Part shown: positions 1 to 12,591 of the stretch, one piece after another
Layout of the letters: each line of letters begins with the position of its first letter
Numbering within the stretch: position 1 is the stretch's first letter
Translations under genes and position numbers: made by a program
DNA from: Azolla caroliniana
Taxonomy: Eukaryota; Plantae; Polypodiophyta
Reading direction: 5' to 3'
Length of the DNA: 64,000 nt
Assembly (NCBI GenBank): GCA_043228905.1
Contig: JBHGNT010000004.1
Span: 21,576,001-21,640,000, forward strand
Notes under the pieces: generated by a model
The model's input: the letters and a program-made list of their open reading frames with translations, nothing else
The model's database searches: none
What the model was told of the DNA's origin: nothing

Positions 1-1494
1 GTCTCCGAAACAATGGTGAAGGAATCCCTTCGTTCGTGCTCATTTACTTTGTCTTCCTCGTTGCCCTTCCGGTCCTCCACTTTTCCACCGACACATTCCG
101 TCTCTCCGGTCTCACGTTGGTGCACGGGCACAGCCGCCGAAGTCTCTGGAACCGGTGTGGGGATACCCTTTCGTCCTCGATCTTCCTCCTCCTCGTCCTT
201 TGTTGGCCTCGACTTTGGTTCGGTTTTAAGCTCCCCTTCAATGTCGACTTGCGACTTTTCATGCATCTCCGAACCCTTCCGCATCAAGCTCTCCTTCGGT
301 GGTAGTCGGTGGCCGCTTTTCACCCACTGTTGACCGCCGTTCGTGGACCATGTCCTCGTCCGCTTCGGTCTTAGATAGTCATATGTGTCTCGTATAGCTT
401 CTTCAAAGGACTCCCACATCGGGCTTTGTTGTCGTATCTCGTGGATTCTCTCTTGAAGCTCATCCGTAGCCACCCGGTTGAAAGATAACACTTGCAATCT
501 TTCTGAGATACCATATCGCAACATCTCCATTTTGTAGTCACGTAGATAGCGTGACACGTCCTTTCCATCGAATTGCCCGTTCTGTTGCACGAGCCGTTGT
601 ACTACTTTCGTGATCTCCGACATCTCGCGTTGTTCTTGTAGCATTCTCTCGAACATCATCATCATCATGTTCATCGCCTCTTGTTGATTCTCCATCTCCT
701 TGCCACCCGCCTTCACGTCGGGTTCACCAACTGTGTCGTGCCTTTCGGCTTCGGATCGTTTGCGTGAGTCGGGTGGGAACCACCGGGGTTTTGGACTAGG
801 AAGAGGAGAGTTTTAAGGCTAATAAGAATATAAATATGTTGTAAGAAAGAGTTATAGCAAACTCGTGAATCCCACGAGTGTATTGTATTAGATTAATCAA
901 TATGAATATAAGAATATAAACTTCGGTTGAAAGAGAATGATATAGAATTCTCGTGAATCCCACGAGTATAGTTTATTAATTGGTGTTTTTTAGAAACATA
1001 TCCAGTTTCCAAATATTTTTCACACCTATTACATTGTGCTCCCCATCCTTATATAGTGATGGGAGAGACTAAGCATAGCTACATGCTTTTTTTCTAATAT
1101 GTTCATGCACACTAAATGTACATGTGATGCTTTTCTAATCCTTGCTTTTATTTGCTAAATATAGTGCTCATGCGCGCTAGATGTACATGAGTCACTTTTT
1201 AGTTGCTTGCGTTTTTCTATAAAATATTCACGCACTCTAAAAATGCACGATTTACCTTTTAATAAAGGTAGGTGCAAATAAAGCACTTATAGTTATTAAA
1301 TCTATTTGTAAAACACTAAAGATAAGGTAGCATAATGGTAAGGTTGAGGTTTGTCAACGTGGAGGTGTAGGGTTCGAATCCTGCCCTATGCACGTGATAA
1401 ATATTTTGATATTCTTATTTTATTTATTTATATGTAATTAAATCGTTTATATTATTTTTACTTTTTCACGTAGTGTACGAAATACACTACGACA
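1..1494 (-). mobile_element. Gag-only-type Trp-primed gypsy-related element L, 5' part (LTR 734-1494, PBS ~712-729, decayed gag)
   Basis: LTR termini TGTCGT...ACGACA; PBS TGGTGAACCCGACGTGAA on the minus strand; gag and downstream sequence similar to element D (9431 onward); flank ACGC at 1495-1498. Confidence 0.85.
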
Positions 1495-2624
1495 ACGCGG
1501 CCACAGTGGCAGAGAAAGAGAAGGAGGTCCTAGACCTACAGGCCGCGCTTGACAATGCGAAAGACTGGAACCACCGGCAGGAGGAAAGAAATCGCCAACG
1601 GGAGGAGAGAATGATTGTGGAGAATGCCAAGCTGTAGAGTTAGTGTACGACCCTTAAAGAAATGGCTGACGAGTTTTTCATCAAATGCAAGCTACTTTCG
1701 GAGCAAAAAGACGAATTATCTTATTCCTACCTCGCCCTACAAGAAGAGAGAATCGTCGAACGGGAACAAGTCCGGGCCGCGTGTCAAAAAGAATGGGAGA
1801 AAGCTACCGAAGAGCTCACCAAGCATTACAAGCAATCTATCCAGCTTGTAACCGCGGACGCAAAGAACACTCAAGCCACCTATGAACTACTCGCAAAGAA
1901 GCTTCAGGCCGAGGTAAACGGCTTAAAAGAGGAATTGGCAGTTGTCCGAGCACAGCCCGGCATGGATGAGATACGCATCAGAATATTGATCGAGAAACAG
2001 CGCCAGCACCTCACCAAAAAGGTCGAGGAAACATAAAGTCGTGTAGGAGAAGAATGGGCAGCCCAAGCTGCCGAATTGCATATTTTACGCGCTGACGCCG
2101 AGAACCGACGGAAGGAGGGCCGTGGCTTTTACAAAATGGACGAAGCCAGCATACAAAACCTCCGTGCAGATTTAACCGAGGATTACTAGTCCTTGGCGAA
2201 ATCTCACACCGCGGTAATCGAGCAAATGCTGGAGGACTTCAATGACGATCAGATGTTGTTTCGCCTGGAAGCAGAAGCCCTCGAACGAGAACGACTCGCA
2301 ACCCTCCCAACCAGCCCTCCAACGGCCACAGAGCAGAAGGAAGAACCTCCCAGCGAGGAGATCACGGACACGGCACAGAAGGAACTCGCCCCGGCCAACA
2401 GACCTCCCGAGGACGCCCACACGGTACCAGATCCAGTTGAAGTAGAGGTCAGCCCCCTCGAACCCACACCACCACCAGACGAATCGGCCGCACCTGAGGC
2501 AGACGCCCGAGAGGATATGACACCCCCGAACCAAACTCAACCCCCTGCACCGACAGTCCAACCAGACCACCCTGCCACCACCCCGGACATCGAAAACGTC
2601 CTCGACATCTTAGAAGAGGAATGA
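1495..2624 (+). pseudogene. Post-pol accessory coiled-coil protein with Pro/Glu-rich tail, several in-frame stops
   Basis: ORFs 1662-2036 and 2193-2624 are in one frame; the bridge reads WAAQAAELHILRADAENRRKEGRGFYKMDE. Confidence 0.65.
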
Positions 2625-3219
2625 AACGAGGATCACGCCTAAAAGGCAATTTTTGTAATGTTGTTAGTATTTTGTAAGTCGTGGGTCCCACGGACAAGGT
2701 CCTGTCCCACGGGCGTGCCAGGTGTTGTCCATAGGATAGAAATGTAAATTAGGAAATTAGCAAACGGCGGTGGTGTAACCGAGTAGGAAAGAACGCCAGC
2801 GAGCGCCGAGTCCGAGTATCACAGGCCACCGACGGCTCGGTTGTGTATTAGGGGAAACGTTATTTAAACAAGGTCGAGTACCCTAGAGGGGCAGAGAAAA
2901 AGTATAGGCGGAAGCACTAGCAAATTCCATCGTAATTAGATACTATTGTAAGGTCATCGGCCGTAGGCCGCACCTTGTAACCCTTTTGCTGTCGCATTAA
3001 TACATATATGTTATTGTGCCCATCTTGCTCCATGAGTCTGTGTTTTCTCTCGTGTTTCTGAATTAAGCGCCGTCCACGCCTATCAAGATCTCACTAGTGT
3101 TCCATCTCGGATTATTTTCTACCTCACGATGCCTCTGTTTACGAGCCTTCACGTAACACATCCTTTGCTACCGATAACCTCAGGTCTATCGAAGGTGTCA
3201 CCCAAAGGAATGGGTAACA
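1495..3219 (+). mobile_element. 3' end of gypsy element K: decayed accessory coiled-coil ORF (1495-2624) and 3' LTR 2723-3219
   Basis: LTR TGTTG...TAACA interrupts the copia A 'GSLIYA' motif at 3219. The ORF and the pre-LTR motif are homologous to 50386-51850 (minus strand). Confidence 0.75.
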
Positions 3220-4902
3220 ATAGCATATATTAGACTGCCGACGGCTGAGGCATATGGTACCTTCCTCATCTTAGCCTTTTCCTTCTGCCCTTTTGGACAC
3301 TGCTTCGCATTTAGTCTGCAATCTTTCGGCAACACTAAGCCGACCGGCTTTGCGTTCGACATGTTGAACCTCTCTAGGATCTTCGTCACATACTTTTGTT
3401 GTGACAATCATAGCATCTTCTGAGCTTTGTCTCGGGTTATGTGCATTCTTAGGATTTGCTTTGCCGGTCCAAGGTCTTTCATGGCAAATGATTTGCCGAG
3501 AACTTTCTTCAAGCTTCCAATCTTCCTTGCATCGTGGCCGACTATCAACATATCATCAACATATAGCAAGAGAATCAAGAAATCTCCTTCCTCGTACCTT
3601 TTTACGAACACACAGTGATCAGCCTGTGTTTTCTTGAACCGATGTTCCATCATGAAGGACTAGAATTTCTTGTACCATTGGCGTGGAGCTTGTTTCAATC
3701 TGTGCAAGCTTTTCCTCAGTCGACACACCATATTCTCTTTCCCTTTCTCCTCAAAGCCTTTGGGTTGATGCATGTAGATCTCTTCGTCTAACTCCCCGTG
3801 CAGAAATGCGGTTTTGACATCCAACTGTTCGATCTCCAGATCCATGGTGGCCGCTATGCTCAGAACAGTTTGTATGGATGTCATCTTCACGACTGGTGCG
3901 AATATTTTGTCGAAGTCGACGCCCTTCCTCTGTTGGAAACCCTTCACCACTATGCGGGCTTTATACCTGGGCTTGCTATCGACTTCTCCAGTCTTCACCT
4001 TGTAGACCCATTTATTCCTGAGTGCTCTCTTACCTTTCGGCAGCTCTACTAGGTCGTAGGTGCAGTTCGTGTTGTCGTGAAGATTCCGGGGCATCGGTAG
4101 AAACAATGTGAAACGCGCGGGAGCACTGGTGTGCACGAGTGCACACCCCTAGTGAATCAGATAGTGTAAGTACTAGGTCCGGAAAAGGGAGGTGTACTAG
4201 GTAGTTAAAGCATTAATAAGGATTCAAACATCGCGTAAGTAGGGAGAGTTACGAGGAGAGCGAATGGGGGGGGAGGAAAATTTAGGAAGTTAAAGTGACA
4301 AGGCCATGAATGCTTTGTAACGGTCGCTCCTTGTGCTATAAAAGGGGCGACCCTTGACTGTTTTGGGGAATGTCATTTTTTTAGAGAGAGGAGAAAAGAG
4401 AGAGAGAGAGAGGAGAAAGGAAGTAGAGACCAAAGAAGACGAGGAGTCCTACGACGTGTGACCGGAAGGCGTTTCCCCTGTTCGCGTCAAACGCCCGAGT
4501 GCTCCCGACCAGGGGATCGACCTTCTGTGTGCCCACTCATCTCCGTATCTGAGTACTGTAGAACCTACGCTTGAACATTGGCACTGATCCGGTTGTAATC
4601 ACCCACAACGCCACGCGCATATATTGATTAAGAGAAGCCTATCCACCGAACGCAAGTTATTCTTAGCATATCTGTCTGCGCCTGTGACTACGCATGTTCC
4701 TCTTACACTATCTCTCTCTTGTTTCGCTAATCTTTTCTGTTTAAACCGCAGTCTCAGGGCTCACGTAAACCACATACTCTTCCTCCTCACTTCTCGATTC
4801 CTTGGTTCAAGACCCCCGTGGTCCTGCCCAACTTCTACGCATCCGCGCGGATTTCCTCGACATCTTTGGTGAACCCGACGTGAAGAAGGGCGGCAAAGGA
4901 AT

Positions 4903-6934
4903 TTGAAAATGAGAGGAAGCGAACTTGCAGAAGCAATGGCGGTGGCGGTAGACTACCTGGTTAGCGCTCGTGAGGGCGCGAGTGCCCTTGACAGGGCCAT
5001 AGAAGCAATGGTCGACAAGATAGGTCAGTTCAGTGGGAAAGACGCCACGAGTTACTTAGAGGCCTACAAATCTGAAATGCAGATGAGGAATATACCCGAG
5101 GAAAGACAGCTAACAGGGTTTCCCTGGGTCGTGACACCACACATCCATGCAGAGATGACTGAAATACAAGCGGGCTACCATGATTGGGCGGAGTTCGCAG
5201 AAGAAGTTCTCGAAAAATACAGCTATAAAGACTCGCTCCGGCTCGAAACGAGAAAAGTCCTATTTTTCATCACGTCGTTCGACTCGCGCGTCCGCGAAAG
5301 CGTGGGTCTTCTTCTTTAAACCAACCGCAGTCTCACGACTGACTAGGTGACCGTCAAAGAAGTATGCGGTAGGATTGACAAACGCCAAGATTGGAAAGAA
5401 AGGGGGTCCTCGCCGGCCGGACCGGTTGTCGAAACTAGAGCCGAGTCGACGCCAACCCGAATGGAAGAAACGAGGAGGTGGCTCGAGCTAGGCCCACCCC
5501 CGGCAAACGTAGTCGCGGGACCTGTAGGTGGCGCAGGACTAGAAGAACTAACAAGGATGGTGCGCAACCTCCAGATCGCCCAGGCCCAGGCCCGGTGACC
5601 TCCAGATCGCCCAGATCGCCCAGCCGCGCGACTGACGACCGCCGGCCAATTAGAGGTGCATATGGTGCGACGCTACCGGACATTCCCGGAGAGATTGCCC
5701 TGACCTCGGTGAAGCGCTCAGAAGTAATGTAGTCTATGTCTCGAATGGCAGGATACATGCGAGCGAAACGTGAAGATTGCTTGACGCAAATTTCGGACGA
5801 GGTGGCATGAAGAGGCTAATGGAAGAAGCTGCGGCACGACACGTCGAAGCCTTCCACTACTCGGCTTCGGCCGGCATCCGCGTAGGCGAAAAGGCGACCA
5901 AACCCGATTCAAACCCTGGGTTTTGGCCGGTTATTCTCGAGACCTTGTCCGGAGGAAGGTTGCATAAGGGAGAAGCGGAGCGCGCGGAGGAGCGTGTGCG
6001 CGAAGTTACCAACTGGAGTGACCCCGTTGAGGAGAGCACCGGCTTTGTGGAGGCTGCGTGCAGGAACTATGAGGCCCTGATTGACGAAAGGCGATCGGGG
6101 AAAACCGGGGGAGTGGGCCCTTCGGGGAGGTATGACACCCGAAGCACGCCGAAAGGGCACGATGCCACTCCGACCGGGTCCCAGGAGAAGGAGAAGGGTA
6201 GGATTCCGAGCTTCCGTTTAAGCTTGGAAATTGAGAAAACAAAGAACCTACAGAAGGTTCTAGAGGAGCGAGTTCTCGACAGTCGCATAGAACTCACGCT
6301 TAGGGAAGTGCTTGGCATAGCGAGAAGGGAATTCCACGACAACATCATGGACCTCGTAAAGAGAAAGCGTCTCGCGACGGAACCGGAGCCCGAGAAGCCG
6401 GTTGAGATAAGGACAACACTCCTCGACGAGATGGTCGCGGAAGACGAGCTTGCGGAAAGCCACTACGCCAGGCCGCATTGGGCAAGAGCGACTACAGAAA
6501 CCCCCGTTCGTATCGGGGACTTGAAGGAACCGGTGGTGGTATTAATTGACCACGGGTCGGAAATTAACCTGATGTCCATGGACTTCTACAAAAGGGGGAA
6601 TTGGCTGACCAACACCAAAAATGGGTGGAAGATATGCGCGGCTACAAGAGCCACTGAAGAACTACATGGGGCTTGCCCAAACGTCAGGGTGAGCGTCGGG
6701 GACGTTGATATAAACCAACACTTTTTCGTGCAAGAGGCATCCTCCCACCCGGTCATCCTTGGCGAACCATACAACATGGCGCCTAGAATGGAAACGAAAG
6801 TATTGGACAATGGTTCCACCTATGCGAGGGTAAAAAGTCAGGACGATCGTCACTCCGTCCAATTTTTGACCGTTCGGAAGAATCACGAGCGGAACCGGGA
6901 CACCCTCGGAAATAATGACAGGGCGGATTTTTAG
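4903..6934 (+). pseudogene. Element B gag-protease ORF1, disrupted
   Basis: Gag FSGKDATSYL; protease LIDHGSEIN and VILGEPY; stops and frameshifts. Confidence 0.85.
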
Positions 6935-8682
6935 AAAGGGCTATCAAGGTGTGGGGCCACGATAGTCCGGATAGCCGGAAAATTCCCCACACTTGTAAAA
7001 TAGGAAGGAAAGTTTTGTTCTCCGACAACGGGGGATGTACCATAGCGAGCATCAATGGCCGAGAAAGAAAACGGGCAGAGATATGCTTAAAGGCGTGCGG
7101 AGCCTTGAGTCACGACGAAGGGATTGAGGAAGCTGTGGAGGCGGTCTTGTTCGATGACACCCTTGGAGAAATCGGGAAGGTAGTCGAAGGAGGCCTAAGC
7201 ACAGACCGAGTCATACCGGTCAACTAAGTCGACATGTATGAAGTCATTGCGGACTTCGAAAGAAAAACCAGGGCACATTGGATCGCCCAAGTAGACACCA
7301 AGTACAAGACTGTGGACCAGAAGGTGAAGCCCGTCGCGGCTCCCTTACCGGAGGGCAGCTGGGAACGAATAAAGGGGGTCGCTACCGACATGAGCTTGCG
7401 AGATCCGACCGGCATAGGACACCGTTTCACCGACAAAACGCTACGAGAACTAAAGATCGGTGGGGGTGGCTTCCTACTGCCGGTGGAAGACAACTGGTTC
7501 AGAAGGATGCTCGAGAAGCACGGGAAAGCCTTTGCATTCTCGCCAAGAGAGATCGGGTGCATCGAACCGACCATTGTCGAACCAATGGTGATCTTTATCG
7601 TGCCGCACGTGCCATGGAGCCTCAAACCGATTCAAGTGTCGAGAGCTCACATGCCCATGTTGATGGAGCTTCTTAAGTAGAAGGTGGAGTTGGGCATCCT
7701 CGAACCATCGAGTGCCCCTTACTCTAACCGGTGGTTTACGGTACCAAAGAAGAACAGTACGCTGCGCTTCATCCAAGACTTACAACCGATCAATAAGGTG
7801 ACCATCCGCAATACGGGAGTTGGACCCTCGATCGATGAGTTCATAGAAGCCTTCGCCAGAAGGTCCGTATACTCGGTCGGAGTCCTTTACTCAGGGTACG
7901 ACCAGTTCCAGCTGGCCGTGGAAAGCAGAGACATCACTACAATGTGAACCCCTCTCGGCCTAGTTCGAATGTGTACCCTACCACAGGGAGGGACCAACTC
8001 GGTGGCACACATGGTGAATGCAATGAACAGAGTTCTGTGGGACTGCATTCCGAACATCACCATGCCTTTCCTGGACGACATCCCTATCAAGGGGTGTCCG
8101 CAGGACACCAAGGATGAGTTGATCAGCGTGGACGACCATATCTCCGACTGCGAGAAGATCCTACAGAGGCTCGAAGACGCGCGCCTTACCTTCTCGGGAG
8201 AGAAGTCGGCCTTCGGACAACCAGAGATCTTAGTGGTGGGCCATCTATGTGGGCCGTATGGACGGAAGCCATCGCCGACCAAGGTAGAGGCCATCTCAGC
8301 AATGAAGGAGGAGTGCAGATCCATCATTGAGGTCCGACGATTCTTAGGAGCATGCGCCTTCTACCACATATGGATCCCTCATTACGCTGTCGTGAAGAAA
8401 ACCGACCACAAGCGGAATCGGTGTACGGGAGCGCAGAAACCGACTCTTCATGCACGCGCGCCTTAAGTTGTACATAGGAGATCCTAGGTAGATTCGGTAG
8501 GTAGGGAGTGAAGGGGGGGAAACGGCTCCTTCCTTGCCTATAAAAGGGAGGGGGATGAGGAGAGTAGGGGATCACGGAGAGTCGAGGACGAAGTGCTGTC
8601 GGATTGGGCGCGAGGGCTTCTCTCTCTCTCTGGCTCGCAGACTCCATAGCTACCTTCTGTGCAGGTTTCGGGAGGATCACGC

Positions 8683-11600
8683 TGTCGTAGTGTATTTTGT
8701 ACACTACGTGAAAAACGTATATAGTATTAGATTCAATAAAAAATGAAGAAATAGAAGAAAATAGCAAAATAAATGGAACATGCATAGGGCAAGATTCGAA
8801 CCTTGCACCTCCATGTTAATAATGTAATGTCTTACCATTACACTAGCATTTCATTAGTGTTAAAAGCATAGATGTCCCACATAGAAAGGTAAATTCACGC
8901 TAGGATAAACATTAGAAAAACGCATAACAAAAGAAAAAGCTACACATACACATCTAGCGTGCATGATAAAAAAACGCACAAGTTAGAAAAAAAGCATGAT
9001 CACTTTAGATAAAGCATATAGTCTATCTATAGGAAAAGCATGGGGTCTATAGTTAGAGAAAAAGCATGGATTACTAAGACTTCCTCATCACTACATAAGG
9101 ATGGGGAGCACAATGTAATTGTGTGTGAAAAATATTTGGAAACTGGATATGTTTCTAAAAAACACCAATTAATAAACTATACTCGTGGGATTCACGAGGA
9201 TTCTATATCATTCTCTTTCAACCCAAATTTATATTCTTATATTCATATTGATTAATCAAATACAATACACTCGTGGGATTCACGAGTTTGCTATAACTCT
9301 TTCTTACAACATATTTATATTCTTATTAGCCTTAAAACTCTCCTCTTCCTAGTCCAAAACCCTAGCGGTTCCCACCCGACTCACGCAACGATCCGGAGCC
9401 GAAAGGCACGACACAGTTGGTGAACCCGACGTGAAGACGGGTGGCAAGGAGATGGAGAATCAACAAGAGGCGATGAACATGATGATGATAATGTTTGAGC
9501 GGATGCAACAAGAACAACGTGCGATGTCGGAGATGAAGGCGGCAATAGAGCGGCTTCTGCGACGAAACGGGGAATTCAACGGTAAGGATGTGTCACGCTA
9601 TCTACGTGACTACAAGGCGGAGATGATACGATGTGGGATACCGGAAGGATTGCAAGTGACATCCTTTAGTCGGGTGGCCACGGATGAGCTACAAGAGAGA
9701 ATCCACAAGATACGGCAACAAAACTCGACATGGGGGTCATTCGAAGAAGCTTTACGGGAGGCATATGACTATGAGAGATGGACGGGACGAGATCGACGAG
9801 AATTCGACGAATGGGTGGCGTCGGAGAAGACTCACCGAAGTGCAACGCAAGCGTTCCTAGAGTTCGAGCATCGTTTTGCTTGACTCTCGGAGCGGGAACG
9901 AAGATTGGTGGGAGAAGATAAAGTCTTAATGTTCGTAAGATCGATCGATCGGAAAGAAAGGATGGACATTGGGATCGAACTCGAAGATGATGACGGTGCG
10001 AACGGCCTTACCGAGGATTGGGCCAAAGTCGAAAGGGTATGCCGAAGACATGATGAAAGGAAGCTGAGAATCTCGTCAACAACGACATGGCCCATGAAGG
10101 ATGGTCGATTGAGGAAAAACGATGAAGCCAATATGAAGGCCGAAATACAACATGATGGTACCACGGGAGAAAGAGTGGAACAAGACACCCACTCGTCTTG
10201 TGAAAGAACGATGGCGAAGGATAAGGCCGATAATTCAAGTGTAGAAGGAAATTTCGGGATACAAGTGCCCGAGACATCGGGTCAAAAAGGGGTAAGCATA
10301 ATAGATGTTTGCATAATTGATGCAGATAAAGAGTGTGAAGTGGATGTGATTAAGGAGGTAGCCACAAAAGACGAAATCGAATCGGAGGTGGCTATGGACG
10401 AATCAATGGCGGATTGCCATATCGAGACTTCCCCACCACTGATTCCAGAGACTCCGGCGGTTGCGATCGAAAGGCAACGTGAGACCGAAGAGACGGGAAG
10501 TGGCGGAGAGAAAACGAATGTCGAAGCCGACGAATACGATGAAGAGATAGCCGAGAAGAATGCTAAGGGTGAAACTACGAAAGAAGGTAATACCGAGGAT
10601 TCATGCCAACAATATCTAGAGACTTCGGCGGTTGTGTCCGAGAACCAACGTGAGACCGGAGAGACGGGAGATGGCGGCGAGGAAGGTAAAGTCGGAAGTC
10701 GGTTCGGATGGAAAATGATCCATCCGAAATTCCAATCTAAAAGAAAGTGCGACAATGCGGAGGTCGGGTCTACGACGGGAGCAGCGCGTAATACAGAGCA
10801 CGCTCTACGGCGAATAAAGAAACGCGTGTTATGGCGAATAAAGAAGCACGCGCTACGGCGAGAAAAGAAGCATGCATTACAACCACACGAGGACCGAACA
10901 ACGAGCACATATTGGAGGACCTACGTAGCGAACAACGGAAAGAAGTGCCGAAAGTCGAACCGGACAAGGCAGGTGAAAACGAAGAAAAGAAAGCAAATCC
11001 GGACGAAAAGAAAAGAAAAGAAACCGACCCGAAAGAGCACTGAATCGGTAAAAACCGATCAACCGAGTCCGGATCGACCGAATACAAATCGGAAAGGAAG
11101 CCGAACTAAACGAAAGACGATCCGACGAGACCGAATCGGAAGTAAGCTAATCCGACTAAACCGAAAATCCGAAAAGAAGTCGAGATTGATGAAGAAAAGA
11201 AAGAGGGCAAGAAAAGATACTACCGCGGATGACAAGGACCAAGCGGGCCATGCAAAAAGCGAACGAAGACTATGGTGGATCGGATGTCGACAATGGTTCG
11301 GGTGGAAAGAATGGATGTGCTCCAAATGGAGAGACAAAGTCAACATAACAAGAGAAGTCGAGGGTACTACGAGCCGGCAACGAAACCAATCGGGTAGAGA
11401 CCGGACGGAGGAGACTAACAAACACCAACAACTTCGGCACATACCGGAGGATGTGCGGGTTTGGAGGGGGTGAGTGTCGTAGTGTATTTTGTACACTACG
11501 TGAAAAACGTATATAGTATTAGATTCAATAAAAAATGAAGAAATAGAAGAAAATAGCAAAATAAATGGAACATGCATAGGGCAAGATTCGAACCTTGCAC

Positions 11601-12205
11601 CTCCATGTTAATAATGTAATGTCTTACCATTACACTAGCATTTCATTAGTGTTAAAAGCATAGATGTCCCACATAGAAAGGTAAATTCACGCTAGGATAA
11701 ACATTAGAAAAACGCATAACAAAAGAAAAAGCTACACATACACATCTAGCGTGCATGATAAAAAAACGCACAAGTTAGAAAAAAAGCATGATCACTTTAG
11801 ATAAAGCATATAGTCTATCTATAGGAAAAACATGGGGTCTATAGTTAGAGAAAAAGCATGGATTACTAAGACTTCCTCATCACTACATAAGGATGGGGAG
11901 CACAATGTAATTGTGTGTGAAAAATATTTGGAAACTGGATATGTTTCTAAAAAACACCAATTAATAAACTATACTCGTGGGATTCACGAGGATTCTATAT
12001 CATTCTCTTTCAACCCAAATTTATATTCTTATATTCATATTGATTAATCAAATACAATACACTCGTGGGATTCACGAGTTTGCTATAACTCTTTCTTACA
12101 ACATATTTATATTCTTATTAGCCTTAAAACTCTCCTCTTCCTAGTCCAAAACCCTAGCGGTTCCCACCCGACTCACGCAACGATCCGGAGCCGAAAGGCA
12201 CGACA
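8683..12205 (+). mobile_element. Non-autonomous gag-only element D with near-identical 731-bp LTRs (8683-9413, 11475-12205)
   Basis: TSD ACGC/GCGC; PBS 9418-9435; G-rich tract before 11475; no PR/RT/INT motifs in the 2.06-kb interior. Confidence 0.93.
9431..11473 (+). pseudogene. Element D gag N-terminus plus long low-complexity extension (stop at 9881-9883)
   Basis: ORFs 9431-9883 and 9905-11473 share a frame; the N-terminus matches element H gag. Confidence 0.7.
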
Positions 12206-12591
12206 GCGCTGCTCTAAGGAATGTCCGAGTGCTTCTGGCAGCACCTCCAACTTGTTCCTGTCTTTCTGTGCGTTTACGAACAGGTATCGGCATCTGTCCG
12301 CCGGCCTGTTCGGTTGTAACCGACTTCGTGTTTTGTTGTCTTCGTGTTCTTGTTGTTTGTCTTGTCAATACATACATACTTTCGTGTCTTTCTGTGTCGC
12401 TGTCCCACTCGCATCTTTGCTTCGAAGGGCTGTGTCCCTGTGAATCTACGCTCGCACGTAGCGGGTCTCTCTCTCTCTCTCTCTTACTCTTCGGTACAGG
12501 ACCCCCGAGGTCCCGCCTCACTCCACGCATCCGCGAGGAATACCTCGACATATTTGGTGAACCCGACGTGAAAGAGGCGGCAGAAGAGCAG

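Noticed and set aside
1328-1392. Functional tRNA gene
   Set aside because: No convincing acceptor or anticodon stem; it is part of an LTR.
10830-11473. Highly basic protamine-like protein in element D
   Set aside because: Probably a frameshift artefact; the alternative frame (10831-11043) continues the acidic composition.
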